Source: a virus. From it: a stretch of DNA of 56,865 bases. Every line of letters starts with the position of its first letter. Position 1 is the stretch's first letter. Both the position numbers and the translations under genes were made by a program. The stretch lies in the IMG/VR virus record IMGVR_UViG_3300023489_000004, positions 1 through 56,865 of that record. One strand, 5' to 3'. This document shows, in pieces, positions 43,543 through 52,802 of this stretch. The notes beneath the pieces are model-generated. The model was not told the origin of the DNA. It ran no database searches and saw only the letters and a list, made by a program, of their open reading frames with translations.

Positions 43543-45288
43543 ATGAGTCTTTCTAATTCAGCTACTCCAATTTATTACGGCAAATTTCGTGACGCTGTAA
43601 TTCGAGGAGAGATTCCTGTTTGTCGAGAGATCTCTATGCAGATGAACCGAATCGACAACATGATCCGAGATCCTGGTTTGTATTATGATGACAAAGCCAT
43701 TAATGGTTTCGTACATTTTTGCGAGAATGAGCTAACTCTTACCGACGGTAGTGATCTTAAGTTACTAGACACTTTTAAACTTTGGGCAGAAGATGCACTC
43801 AGTTGGTTTTATTTCGTAGATCGAACTGTTTATCAACCTAGTCCTGATAACCATGGCGGGGTTTATGTAAAGAAGCGAATAAAGAAGCGTCTTGTTAACA
43901 AGCAGTATTTGATCGTTTCTCGTGGTTCGGCCAAGTCAATGTATGCAGCTTGTATGCAAGCGTATTATCTGACAGTTGATACTTCAACTACTCAGCAGAT
44001 AGTAATGGCTCCAATCCTTACTCAGACTGAAGAGACACTTAGTCCTATTCGAACAGCTATCACTCGAGCTAAAGGTCCATTATTTCAGTTTCTAACTGAT
44101 GGTAATCTAGCTAATACCGCTGGAAGTTTGGCAGATCGCAAGAAACTCTCATCTACCAAGAAGGGTATTGAGAATTTCTTAACGAACTCGATCATTGAAG
44201 CTCGAGCCATGGGAATTGACAAAGTACAAGGAGCTAAGCCAAAATTCTCATCAGTTGACGAATGGCTTTCATGCGACATTCGAGAAGACGTCATCGGTGC
44301 TTTGGAACAGGGTGCTACTAAGAATGACGATTACTTGATTCTTGCCATCTCTTCTGAGGGTACAGTTCGTAACGGTGCCGGCGATACAATCAAAATGGAA
44401 TTAATGGACATACTCAAAGGCGAGTATGTGAACCCGCATGTGTCCATTTGGTATTATAAACTTGACAGTATTGAAGAAGTTGCTGATCCTTCTATGTGGA
44501 TGAAGGCGGCTCCTAATATTGGTAAGACTGTTTCTTATGAGACTTATCAGCTTGCTGTTGAGCGTGCTGAGAAGGCTCCCTCTACTCGAAACGATATTCT
44601 TGCTAAGCGTTTCGGCATTCCCATGGAAGGCTACACATATTTCTTCACTTACGAAGAGACTCTACCTCATAAGCCACGAAATTTCTGGCAGATGCAATGT
44701 TCTATGGGAGCGGATCTTTCTCAGGGCGATGACTTCTGTGCGTTTACATTCCTATTCCCTCTTCCTCGAGAAAAATACGGAATTAAGACTCGGTGCTACA
44801 TTTCTTCCGACACAATGGCGAAACTTACTCCTGCAACAAGGATCAAGTACGAAGACTTCTTACGAGAAGGTTCTTTGATGGTACTCGATTGTGTTGCTCT
44901 GGATATGAATGAAGTTTACAATGATCTAGATCAGTATATTGCTGATAACGAATACGATGTTACCTCTTTCGGTTACGATCCGTATAACGCAAAGGAATTT
45001 GTCAACCGATGGGCTACCGAGAACGGTCCGTTTGGTATCGAGAAAGTAATTCAAGGTGTTAAGACGGAGTCGGTTCCTCTTGGCGAGTTGAAGAAACTTG
45101 CTGAGAATCGAGCTTTGCTATTCGATGAATCTTTGATGGAATTCTGTATGGGTAACGCAATTGCTTTGGAGGATACTAACGGTAATCGCAAGCTGTATAA
45201 GAAGCGCCATCAAGATAAGATCGACTCGGTAGCAGCAATGCTTGACGCCTATGTAGCATTTAAGCTTAATCGAGATTCTTTTGAATAG
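43543..45288 (+). CDS. Terminase large subunit
   Basis: Terminase_1-like organisation, 581 aa; position before the portal gene. Confidence 0.85.
   Translation: MSLSNSATPIYYGKFRDAVIRGEIPVCREISMQMNRIDNMIRDPGLYYDDKAINGFVHFCENELTLTDGSDLKLLDTFKLWAEDALSWFYFVDRTVYQPSPDNHGGVYVKKRIKKRLVNKQYLIVSRGSAKSMYAACMQAYYLTVDTSTTQQIVMAPILTQTEETLSPIRTAITRAKGPLFQFLTDGNLANTAGSLADRKKLSSTKKGIENFLTNSIIEARAMGIDKVQGAKPKFSSVDEWLSCDIREDVIGALEQGATKNDDYLILAISSEGTVRNGAGDTIKMELMDILKGEYVNPHVSIWYYKLDSIEEVADPSMWMKAAPNIGKTVSYETYQLAVERAEKAPSTRNDILAKRFGIPMEGYTYFFTYEETLPHKPRNFWQMQCSMGADLSQGDDFCAFTFLFPLPREKYGIKTRCYISSDTMAKLTPATRIKYEDFLREGSLMVLDCVALDMNEVYNDLDQYIADNEYDVTSFGYDPYNAKEFVNRWATENGPFGIEKVIQGVKTESVPLGELKKLAENRALLFDESLMEFCMGNAIALEDTNGNRKLYKKRHQDKIDSVAAMLDAYVAFKLNRDSFE
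44389..44403 (+). promoter_or_regulatory. Late-region motif copy (ATCAAAATGGAATTA)
   Basis: Exact 10-mer core inside TerL. Confidence 0.3.
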
Positions 45289-45305
45289 GGAGGGGGTAAC
45301 GGTGA

Positions 45306-46421
45306 ATGTACGAATATCCAGACTACCTTATGCGCTACGGTGTCCTAGGAATGAAATGGGGCGTACGTAGATATCAAAATAAAGATGGTGCATATACGCC
45401 AAAGGGTCATAGACGATATTTTAATGGTTCAAATAAAGTAAAAACTTCTCATAAAGATAAATTAATTGCCAAGTATAAAGAAAAAGGGTATAGCAATAAA
45501 GCAGCGGAATTAGCTGCTCAAAAGCGGATTCGTAATGAACGAATAATGATTGCTGCTGGAGCGATAACTTTAACGGCAGCAGTTGCTTACTTGGCTACTA
45601 GAGATAATTTTGATCGTGCTGATCGAATTATTAAAGAAGGAGCCAAATTAGGCCGAATCGAAAATAACGATTCAGGAAAGCTATATGACGGTTTTTACGC
45701 GTTTAATAATAAGCGTGACGCTGTTCGATATAAAGGCTTTTATGGAAATCAAGTAGCCTCTACTGGGGCAAAAACATATCTTATGGATCTTACGACTACT
45801 GGTAGTATTAAAATTCCATCACGTGATAACGCTAAAAAGGCCCTTAGTGAATTGATTAAAGAAGATCCGACATATGCTCGTAATTTGAAGAGTATGTTAA
45901 ATTCGAATTTCGGAGTTGATCATAGAGATAGACTCGCTCGTAAAGCACTTAGGGATCTTTCAAAAGGAAAAGTTACAGATGCAGTCTATGATGCAGTTAA
46001 TACTGATTTAACTTTTAAGGGCGATATTCCGAATTATCAAAAAACGAAATATTATGAGAAATTAGCCTCCAAGGGATATAACGCTATTAGGGATATTCAT
46101 GATGTCAAGTATAGCGGATACAAATCTCAAGATCCGTTAATTGTCTTTGATAAATCAAAGGTTATGGTGAATAAAATATCCCAGATGTCCGCTTCTGAAC
46201 TAATTTCGAATAATTACGAAGCGATCGGTCAGAACGCATTAGAATATACGCGAGATTACACTTTGAAGGCTTTAATAGCCGGAGGAGCTGCAACTACTGG
46301 ACTTACTGCCGGAGCACAATCAGTAAAAACAGTAGGTGAGAAGAATTTCTTACGATCTTATAAGAAAGCTCATCCAGAAACAAAGAAGACCGATTATCAA
46401 ATTTTGAAAATGTATAAGTGA
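45306..46421 (+). CDS. Head-module protein with N-terminal YLMxYGxxGMKWGxR motif (371 aa, TM segments)
   Basis: N-terminus MYEYPDYLMRYGVLGMKWGVRRYQNKDG; hydrophobic IMIAAGAITLTAAVAYLA. Confidence 0.6.
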   Translation: MYEYPDYLMRYGVLGMKWGVRRYQNKDGAYTPKGHRRYFNGSNKVKTSHKDKLIAKYKEKGYSNKAAELAAQKRIRNERIMIAAGAITLTAAVAYLATRDNFDRADRIIKEGAKLGRIENNDSGKLYDGFYAFNNKRDAVRYKGFYGNQVASTGAKTYLMDLTTTGSIKIPSRDNAKKALSELIKEDPTYARNLKSMLNSNFGVDHRDRLARKALRDLSKGKVTDAVYDAVNTDLTFKGDIPNYQKTKYYEKLASKGYNAIRDIHDVKYSGYKSQDPLIVFDKSKVMVNKISQMSASELISNNYEAIGQNALEYTRDYTLKALIAGGAATTGLTAGAQSVKTVGEKNFLRSYKKAHPETKKTDYQILKMYK

Positions 46422-46430
46422 GGTGATTTG

Positions 46431-46820
46431 ATGGATCAATATTCAAACTATCTTATGCATTACGGCATTCCTGGAATGAAATGGGGAGTTCGTAAAAAAC
46501 GAAATTCTGTTGGAAAGAAAACAACGAGACGAAAGAAACGTCAAGATTCGTATTCCAAGGATTACTTGGATTCAAAGGCTTTGCGGTCTAAGAGCTATAA
46601 GCAATTGTCAACTTCCGAAATGAAAGAGTTAAACAAACGACTAGAAGCGGAATCACAATATCGTAGATTAAACCCAAAGGGGTTTGATAAAGGTATGGCA
46701 ATAGCGAAAAAAGCCATTGCTATTGGTGGAACCGCTGCTGGCGTATACGCATTAAGCAAAAACCCTTGGGTTCCCGTTGGCGAGGACTTGATAAAACATG
46801 TTGGAAGGTATTTGGTGTAA
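46431..46820 (+). CDS. Head-module protein with the same N-terminal motif (129 aa)
   Basis: MDQYSNYLMHYGIPGMKWGVRKKRN. Confidence 0.6.
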   Translation: MDQYSNYLMHYGIPGMKWGVRKKRNSVGKKTTRRKKRQDSYSKDYLDSKALRSKSYKQLSTSEMKELNKRLEAESQYRRLNPKGFDKGMAIAKKAIAIGGTAAGVYALSKNPWVPVGEDLIKHVGRYLV

Positions 46821-46821
46821 C

Positions 46822-47220
46822 ATGAATTATAAAGATGATTATTTAGCTCACTATGAAGTTCTCGGTATGAAATGGGGACAACGTCGAGTTCGAGTTAATC
46901 AAGAAAAAGCTAGACGAGCTAAGGCGTTGGGTAACAAAGAAGCGTACTCCAAGTATTCTGCCAAGGCTAATCGAATAAAGCAGAAGCACATTCGATTGTC
47001 TGGAGGTAAGAAGGCCTACGATTATACCAAAAATGAGAGTCTTGGCAAGTCGTTGGTTAAGTCTGTTTTGCTTACTACGTATGGTACCATGAAGTATAAC
47101 GAGTTTCGATCTAACGGTGAAAGTCAAATGAAATCCGGAGTTAAAGCCGTAGCGTATGGATTCGCTAACAATTTAACTAGCGGCATCGTGTCGATTGCCG
47201 AACCTAGGCTTCGAAAATAG
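46822..47220 (+). CDS. Head-module protein with the same N-terminal motif (132 aa)
   Basis: MNYKDDYLAHYEVLGMKWGQRRVR. Confidence 0.6.
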   Translation: MNYKDDYLAHYEVLGMKWGQRRVRVNQEKARRAKALGNKEAYSKYSAKANRIKQKHIRLSGGKKAYDYTKNESLGKSLVKSVLLTTYGTMKYNEFRSNGESQMKSGVKAVAYGFANNLTSGIVSIAEPRLRK

Positions 47221-47232
47221 ATCGGTGATTCT

Positions 47233-48507
47233 ATGGCTGAATCTTTTAGGACCAGACTTCAACATGCCTGGAATGCTTTTAGTAATCAAGAGACTACTGA
47301 CTATAGGTATTCTACGTCTGTTGGGTCTTCTTATGGTTATCGGCCGGATCGTGTTGGGATATCTATCGGATCAGAACGTACAATCATTAACGCCATTTAC
47401 AATCGAATAGCCGTTGATGTTGCAGCTACAACTTTTATGCATGTTCGTGTAGATGAGAATAAGCGTTATGAAGAAGAGATTAATTCTGGTTTAAACTATT
47501 GCCTTAACGAAGAGGCGAATATTGATCAGACAGCAACAGCCTTTATGGCCGATATTGCTTATTCTCTTCTAGAAGAAGGATGTATCGCAATCGTCCCGAT
47601 TGATACGACATTGGATCCGTTTGTTACAGGGTCCTATGATATCAATTCTATGCGACGAGGAAAAATTGTTGGTTGGCATCCGAAGCATGTTGATCTTGAA
47701 GTTTATAACGATAATTCAGGAATCAAACAGCAAATTACAATGCCTAAATCATCGGTAGCTATTATCGAAAATCCGTTTTATGCTGTTATGAATGAGCCCA
47801 ATTCTACTTTGAAGCGACTCGTTTATAAGCTTAAACTTCTTGATGATGCGGATGCAAAAGCTAACTCGTCGAAGCTCGATGCTATTGTTCAGTTACCATA
47901 TACGATTCGTAACGAATCTCAAAAGAAGCGCGCTGAAGAGCGTAAGCGCTCTCTTGAAGATCAGCTTGAGAATTCCAAGTATGGTGTCGCATATATTGAC
48001 GCTACGGAAAAGTTTACTCAACTTAATCGTTCTGTTGAGAATACTCTTCCTGAGCAGATTAAGACACTTACTGATCAGTTATATTCTCAGTTGAGTCTTG
48101 ACGTCACAGTGCTTAATGGTACCGCTACCGATTCTACGATGAACAATTATTATCAGCGAACAGTAGCACCAGTTGTTAAGGCAATTCGTGATGCTATGAA
48201 TTGTAAATTCTTGACAAAGACTGCTCGAACTCAGAATCAGCAGATTATGACGTTCCAAGATCCGTTCAAGTATATGACTGTGACACAGATTTCTCAGATG
48301 GTTGATTCTTTGAGTCGTAACGAGGTTCTTACTGGTAACGAGTTCCGCACAGCTCTTGGATTTAAGCCTTCCGAAGAGCCTAGTGCTGACGAGCTTCGTA
48401 ACAAGAATCTTATTGATCCAAATGCTGATTACAGTTCTTCATCAGATGAAGATTATTATCCCGATGACGTATCCGACGTCGAAAATCAAAATGGAAGTTA
48501 TCAGTAA
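47233..48507 (+). CDS. Portal protein
   Basis: 424 aa, between the terminase and the capsid/protease gene; acidic C-terminus. Confidence 0.7.
   Translation: MAESFRTRLQHAWNAFSNQETTDYRYSTSVGSSYGYRPDRVGISIGSERTIINAIYNRIAVDVAATTFMHVRVDENKRYEEEINSGLNYCLNEEANIDQTATAFMADIAYSLLEEGCIAIVPIDTTLDPFVTGSYDINSMRRGKIVGWHPKHVDLEVYNDNSGIKQQITMPKSSVAIIENPFYAVMNEPNSTLKRLVYKLKLLDDADAKANSSKLDAIVQLPYTIRNESQKKRAEERKRSLEDQLENSKYGVAYIDATEKFTQLNRSVENTLPEQIKTLTDQLYSQLSLDVTVLNGTATDSTMNNYYQRTVAPVVKAIRDAMNCKFLTKTARTQNQQIMTFQDPFKYMTVTQISQMVDSLSRNEVLTGNEFRTALGFKPSEEPSADELRNKNLIDPNADYSSSSDEDYYPDDVSDVENQNGSYQ
48485..48499 (+). promoter_or_regulatory. Late-region motif copy (ATCAAAATGGAAGTT)
   Basis: Lies in the last codons of the portal gene, 96 nt upstream of the capsid gene start. 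Confidence 0.4.
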
Positions 48508-48580
48508 AGATATAGTACTTGCTTGATAATTCTATTTATATGTATTGTAAACAAAATTACAAATGTAAAGGAGGAACCGC

Positions 48581-50407
48581 ATGAAGTACGATTTTTCAGG
48601 TTATGCAACACGCAACAACATTAAGTGTTCTGACGGTCGCGTTATTATGCGCGATGCGTTTAAGGATAATGACCATAAGAAGGTACCTCTTGTTTGGCAG
48701 CATGATCATATGTCTCCGGATAATGTGCTAGGTCACGCTATGCTCGAGAATCGAGAAGATGGCGTTTATGCTTATGGTTGTTTTAATGATACTCCATCTG
48801 GTTTAAACGCTAAAGAGCTGGTTAAGAACGGAGACGTTCGAGCGCTTTCCATTTACGCGAACAAGCTTAAGCAGGATGGCGCTAACGTTATTCATGGAGC
48901 AATTCGCGAAGTAAGTTTGGTTCTTGCTGGAGCAAATCCTGGAGCATATATCGATACCGTTATGGTTCATTCAGATGGCGATGAGGAAACGGAAGACGCC
49001 GAGATTTGCTTTAATCTTAATAGCAATCCTGTAATTTATCATTCTGATGAGGCCGACGACGGTGACGATTCGAATGATAAGTCAGACGATAGCATCGCTC
49101 ATGCTGATAAAGTTGATGAAAAAGGAAAAGACATGGCCAATAATAATACCGGATCCGATGGTAAGACTGTTCAGGATGTCATTGATTCCATGACTGACGA
49201 GCAGAAGAATGTATTGTATACTCTTGTCGGTATGGCTGCCGACGGTTCTTTAGATGAAAGTGGGGCTGATATGAAGCATAATGCTTTTGAGGATGAGGAT
49301 GACACCATGGCTCATTCTATTGATTTTGATGAGATTCTTCGAGACGCAAAGCGTTGCGGTTCTTTGCGTGACTCTGTGATGCAGCATGGTCTTGAGGATG
49401 TTAGCTATACTGATTATCTTGAGCATGGTAAGGCGACCTACGGCATCGATCAGATTGATACCTTGTTCCCCGATTTTAAGAGCCTTAACACTCCTCCTGC
49501 CTTTGTTTCCCGCAATATGGACTGGGTTGCCGGCGTTATGAACAGTGTTTCGCATACGCCGTTCTCCCGAATCAAGTCTGTGTTTGCTAACATTACTGCT
49601 GACGAGGCGCGTGCTCGAGGCTATACTAAGGGTAAGAAGAAGCTTGAGGAAGTCTTTACTCTTCTTAAGCGTACCACTACCCCTCAGACCATTTATAAGA
49701 AGCAGAAGTTTGATCGAGACGACGTTCTCGATATTACCGAGTTCGATGTCGTTGCCTGGGTTAAGGGCGAGATGCGAATGATGCTTGATGAGGAAATTGC
49801 TCGTGCTATTCTTGTTGGCGATGGTCGATCCGATTCCTCCGATGATCGCATCTTCCCGACTAACATTCGACCGGTTTGGCAGGATGATACTTTCTATACC
49901 ATCCGTGCTCAGGTTGACACCAAGGGTATGACCACCGAGGAAGCTAAGACCGAGGCTGTTATCAAGGCTATCATTCGTGCTCGTAAGAATTATAAGGGTT
50001 CTGGCAACCCGGTGTTCTATACCACCGAGGATGTTCTTACCGACATGCTTCTCCTTGAGAATCAGATCGGCGATGTTAAGTATAAGACGAAGCAGGAGCT
50101 GGCTAACCGTCTGCGCGTTTCTGACATCGTGACTGTCGAGGTCATGGAGGGTCTGACCCGCAAGGGCGATGCTAGCAAGGGCGACGCGGCTGATTCCGCT
50201 ACCAAGGATCTGAACCTTGTTGGTCTTATTGTCAACCTCAAGGATTACAATGTTGGTGCCGATAAGGGTGGTGCCGTGTCCATGTTTGATGACTTCGACA
50301 TTGACTACAACCAGCAGAAGTATCTGATCGAGACCCGTTGCTCTGGCGCTCTGATTAAGCCTTATGCCGCTATCTCGGTCGAGACGTTCGATTCTACCGC
50401 TGCGTAG
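48581..50407 (+). CDS. Prohead serine protease (HK97/S78-like) fused to the major capsid protein
   Basis: N-terminal KVPLVWQHD...GHA...VRALSIYAN...IREVSLVLAGANPGAYID resembles the S78 protease. An acidic linker is followed by an HK97-fold-like capsid domain. Confidence 0.7.
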   Translation: MKYDFSGYATRNNIKCSDGRVIMRDAFKDNDHKKVPLVWQHDHMSPDNVLGHAMLENREDGVYAYGCFNDTPSGLNAKELVKNGDVRALSIYANKLKQDGANVIHGAIREVSLVLAGANPGAYIDTVMVHSDGDEETEDAEICFNLNSNPVIYHSDEADDGDDSNDKSDDSIAHADKVDEKGKDMANNNTGSDGKTVQDVIDSMTDEQKNVLYTLVGMAADGSLDESGADMKHNAFEDEDDTMAHSIDFDEILRDAKRCGSLRDSVMQHGLEDVSYTDYLEHGKATYGIDQIDTLFPDFKSLNTPPAFVSRNMDWVAGVMNSVSHTPFSRIKSVFANITADEARARGYTKGKKKLEEVFTLLKRTTTPQTIYKKQKFDRDDVLDITEFDVVAWVKGEMRMMLDEEIARAILVGDGRSDSSDDRIFPTNIRPVWQDDTFYTIRAQVDTKGMTTEEAKTEAVIKAIIRARKNYKGSGNPVFYTTEDVLTDMLLLENQIGDVKYKTKQELANRLRVSDIVTVEVMEGLTRKGDASKGDAADSATKDLNLVGLIVNLKDYNVGADKGGAVSMFDDFDIDYNQQKYLIETRCSGALIKPYAAISVETFDSTAA

Positions 50408-50412
50408 AATTA

Positions 50413-50427
50413 ATCAAAATGGGAGTA
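50413..50427 (+). promoter_or_regulatory. Late-region motif copy (ATCAAAATGGGAGTA), intergenic
   Basis: 17-nt identity with the copy at 10030; GG lies 9 nt before the ATG. Confidence 0.4.
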
Positions 50428-50431
50428 ACGA

Positions 50432-50746
50432 ATGACAAAGTATTATGGCGCTATTGGGTTCGCCTCTAGTGTGGAGAGTTCTCCTGACGTTTGGACTGAA
50501 GAGATTACCGAACGTAACTATTACGGAGACGTGATTCGCAATATTCGTCGTCTTGACGGAACCGAGTTCATTAACGACAAGGTAGTTGTTAATAACTCGA
50601 TTAGTATTGTTGCAGATGCTTATGCTAATGAGAATTTCTTTGCCATTCGATATGCTTCTTGGATGGGGAGCAACTGGAAAGTAACATCTGTTGAGGTCCA
50701 GCCTCCCCGTCTTATTTTGACTCTTGGCGGTGTTTACAATGAGTAA
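50432..50746 (+). CDS. Head-tail adaptor / head closure protein (putative)
   Basis: Position after the capsid gene; resembles the SPP1 gp16-like pattern (..FAIRYASWMGSNWKVTSVE). Confidence 0.5.
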   Translation: MTKYYGAIGFASSVESSPDVWTEEITERNYYGDVIRNIRRLDGTEFINDKVVVNNSISIVADAYANENFFAIRYASWMGSNWKVTSVEVQPPRLILTLGGVYNE

Positions 50747-51053
50747 TAATCGAGACGGACTGAGCAAAATCTTACACGAGATTCTCGGTTCCGATTATGT
50801 ATATTTCGATCCGCCAGAGTCTCAACGAATTCATTATCCGTGCATTATCTATCAGCGATCTAGTGGAGATACAGATTTTGCTAATAACGTTGGATACCGT
50901 TTCACAAAGCGTTATCAGCTAACTGTTATCTCTAAAGATCCAGACGTTAGTTCGAGGATAATGGATAAACTTGCAAAATTGCCTATGTGTACGTATGATC
51001 GTCATTACACGTCAGACAATTTGCATCATGACATTTTTAATCTTTATTATTAA
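50739..51053 (+). CDS. Tail completion / terminator-like protein (putative)
   Basis: ATGA-type overlap; position before the major tail gene. Confidence 0.45.
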   Translation: MSNNRDGLSKILHEILGSDYVYFDPPESQRIHYPCIIYQRSSGDTDFANNVGYRFTKRYQLTVISKDPDVSSRIMDKLAKLPMCTYDRHYTSDNLHHDIFNLYY

Positions 51054-51064
51054 GGAGGAAACAC

Positions 51065-51775
51065 ATGGCTTCTAAGACCCTTACTTGGGATGACGATGGT
51101 AAGCGTTTCTATGAGAATGGCACTGATCGAGGCGTTCTGTATCCTAAGAGCGCTTCCGGTTATGCCGCTGGCGTAGCTTGGAACGGTTTGACGGCTGTCA
51201 CCGAGTCTCCTGATGGCGCAGAGCCTACGGATCTTTACGCCGATAATGGTAAGTATGCTGTTATGCGTTCTGCCGAGACTCTTGGTTTTACGATTGAGGC
51301 TTATACCTATCCTGATGAGTTTGCTGCCTGTGATGGTAGTCGCCAGGTCGCTAAGGGTGCTTACATTGGTCAGCAGACTCGTAGTTCTTTCGGTTTCTGC
51401 TATCGTACTCGTATTGGCAATGATGTCGATTCTGAAGTTGCTTATCGACTCCACATCTATTATGGTTGCACTGCTTCTCCTTCTGAGAAGGCTTACGAGA
51501 CGGTTAATGATTCTCCGGATGCTATGACTCTTTCTTGGGAGTGCACGACCACTCCTGTGTCCATTGCTGGCTTTAAGCCTACCGCTAGCATTATGGTTGA
51601 TTCTCGTTATGCTGACAAGGATAAGCTTGTGGCTCTCGAGAAGCTCCTTTACGGTTCTGAGACTGCAGACGCAGCTCTTCCTGATCCTCAGACCATTATC
51701 ACTACACTCGGTGCGGCTGAGGCAGTATCACTTTCCGATATGTCTACTGAGAATACCGAGAAGTCTGTAATTTAA
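51065..51775 (+). CDS. Major tail protein
   Basis: 236 aa, strong RBS AAGGAGGA; position upstream of the chaperone and tape measure genes. Confidence 0.7.
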   Translation: MASKTLTWDDDGKRFYENGTDRGVLYPKSASGYAAGVAWNGLTAVTESPDGAEPTDLYADNGKYAVMRSAETLGFTIEAYTYPDEFAACDGSRQVAKGAYIGQQTRSSFGFCYRTRIGNDVDSEVAYRLHIYYGCTASPSEKAYETVNDSPDAMTLSWECTTTPVSIAGFKPTASIMVDSRYADKDKLVALEKLLYGSETADAALPDPQTIITTLGAAEAVSLSDMSTENTEKSVI

Positions 51776-51789
51776 TCAAAATGGAAGTA
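51775..51789 (+). promoter_or_regulatory. Late-region motif copy (ATCAAAATGGAAGTA), intergenic
   Basis: Begins at the last base of the major tail stop codon. Confidence 0.4.
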
Positions 51790-51810
51790 ATCTTTTAAGG
51801 AGTTATTACT

Positions 51811-52224
51811 ATGCTTAAGAAGTCTATTACGTATGTCGATTATAACGGAGTAGAGCGAACTGAGGATTTTTACTTCAACCTCAATGAAGACGAAACTTTA
51901 GGGTACATTATTGGATTCGAAGGTGGAATCGAGAGTTTTATTGAGAAAGTTGTAAAAGAAGAAGATGTGAAAAAGCTTTGGGAACTTTGGTCAGATTTTA
52001 TTTATCGTTGCTATGGTGAGAAGTCTTCTGATGGTCGACGTTTTATTAAATCTAAGGAACTCTCTGATGGATTTAGGCAGACCAAAGCATATACGAATCT
52101 TATGAAGGAGCTTCTTAGCGATAAGGGTAATAAATGCGCTGAGTTTATTAACGCGGTTGTTGCCGATGTTGAGAAGGATCCGAATAAGAAGGCTCTTATC
52201 GACTCTTTCAAGGTTGTAGAGTAA
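51811..52224 (+). CDS. Tail assembly chaperone
   Basis: YFNLNEDE...YGEKSSDGRRFIKSKE pattern and position. Confidence 0.6.
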   Translation: MLKKSITYVDYNGVERTEDFYFNLNEDETLGYIIGFEGGIESFIEKVVKEEDVKKLWELWSDFIYRCYGEKSSDGRRFIKSKELSDGFRQTKAYTNLMKELLSDKGNKCAEFINAVVADVEKDPNKKALIDSFKVVE

Positions 52225-52255
52225 TCATAGTGGCTTCTTAAAGGAGGCGAAGCGA

Positions 52256-52798
52256 ATGCTCGAAATAAAGATTCCCGATTCTGAGTTCTTTAATGATGAA
52301 ACTAATGAATTCTTTACAGTTAACGGTGGGACGTTACTTCTTGAGCATTCGCTTCTTTCCATCTCCAAATGGGAATCAAAATTTTGTAAGCCGTTTATTA
52401 TTGATGGCGAGCATCCATACGACGAAATGATTGAATACATAAAATGTATGACGATTAACAAAAATGTCGATGAGCGTTTATACGAAATTATTGATGTTGA
52501 AAGTTATAACAAAATCATAGAGTATATAAATGCTCCGATGACTGCGACTGTGATAAAAGACGTTCGATCAAACAATAGATCTTCTTCTTTCATCACAAAC
52601 GAAGTCATATATTATTATATGACGGCTCTCAGTATTCCCTTTGAATGTGAAAAGTGGCATTTCAATCGGTTACTTACTCTTATTAATGTTTGTTCGCAAA
52701 AGAACGCTCCTCCCAAGAAAATGTCAAAAGATGATGTTCGTAGACGTTACGCTGAATTAAACGCTAAGCGCAGAGCAGTAATGAATTCCAAGGGATAA
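52256..52798 (+). CDS. Tail assembly-associated protein
   Basis: LEHSLLSISKWES...EKWHFNRLLTLINV conserved-looking blocks; basic C-terminus. Confidence 0.5.
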   Translation: MLEIKIPDSEFFNDETNEFFTVNGGTLLLEHSLLSISKWESKFCKPFIIDGEHPYDEMIEYIKCMTINKNVDERLYEIIDVESYNKIIEYINAPMTATVIKDVRSNNRSSSFITNEVIYYYMTALSIPFECEKWHFNRLLTLINVCSQKNAPPKKMSKDDVRRRYAELNAKRRAVMNSKG

Positions 52799-52802
52799 TC
52801 TT

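Noticed and set aside
4426-51784. Recurring spacing of about 1360 nt between late-motif copies: 4426 to 5786 = 1360, 8669 to 10030 = 1361, 50413 to 51775 = 1362.
   Set aside because: It is striking, but it is a post hoc observation on 10 intervals with no obvious mechanism, and the flanking sequences are unrelated. I recorded it as a curiosity rather than a finding.
51811-52798. A programmed -1 frameshift joining the two chaperone-region ORFs, as in the lambda G/GT system.
   Set aside because: The ORFs are separated by a 31-nt gap containing a stop and an RBS. I saw no slippery heptamer near the end of the first ORF.
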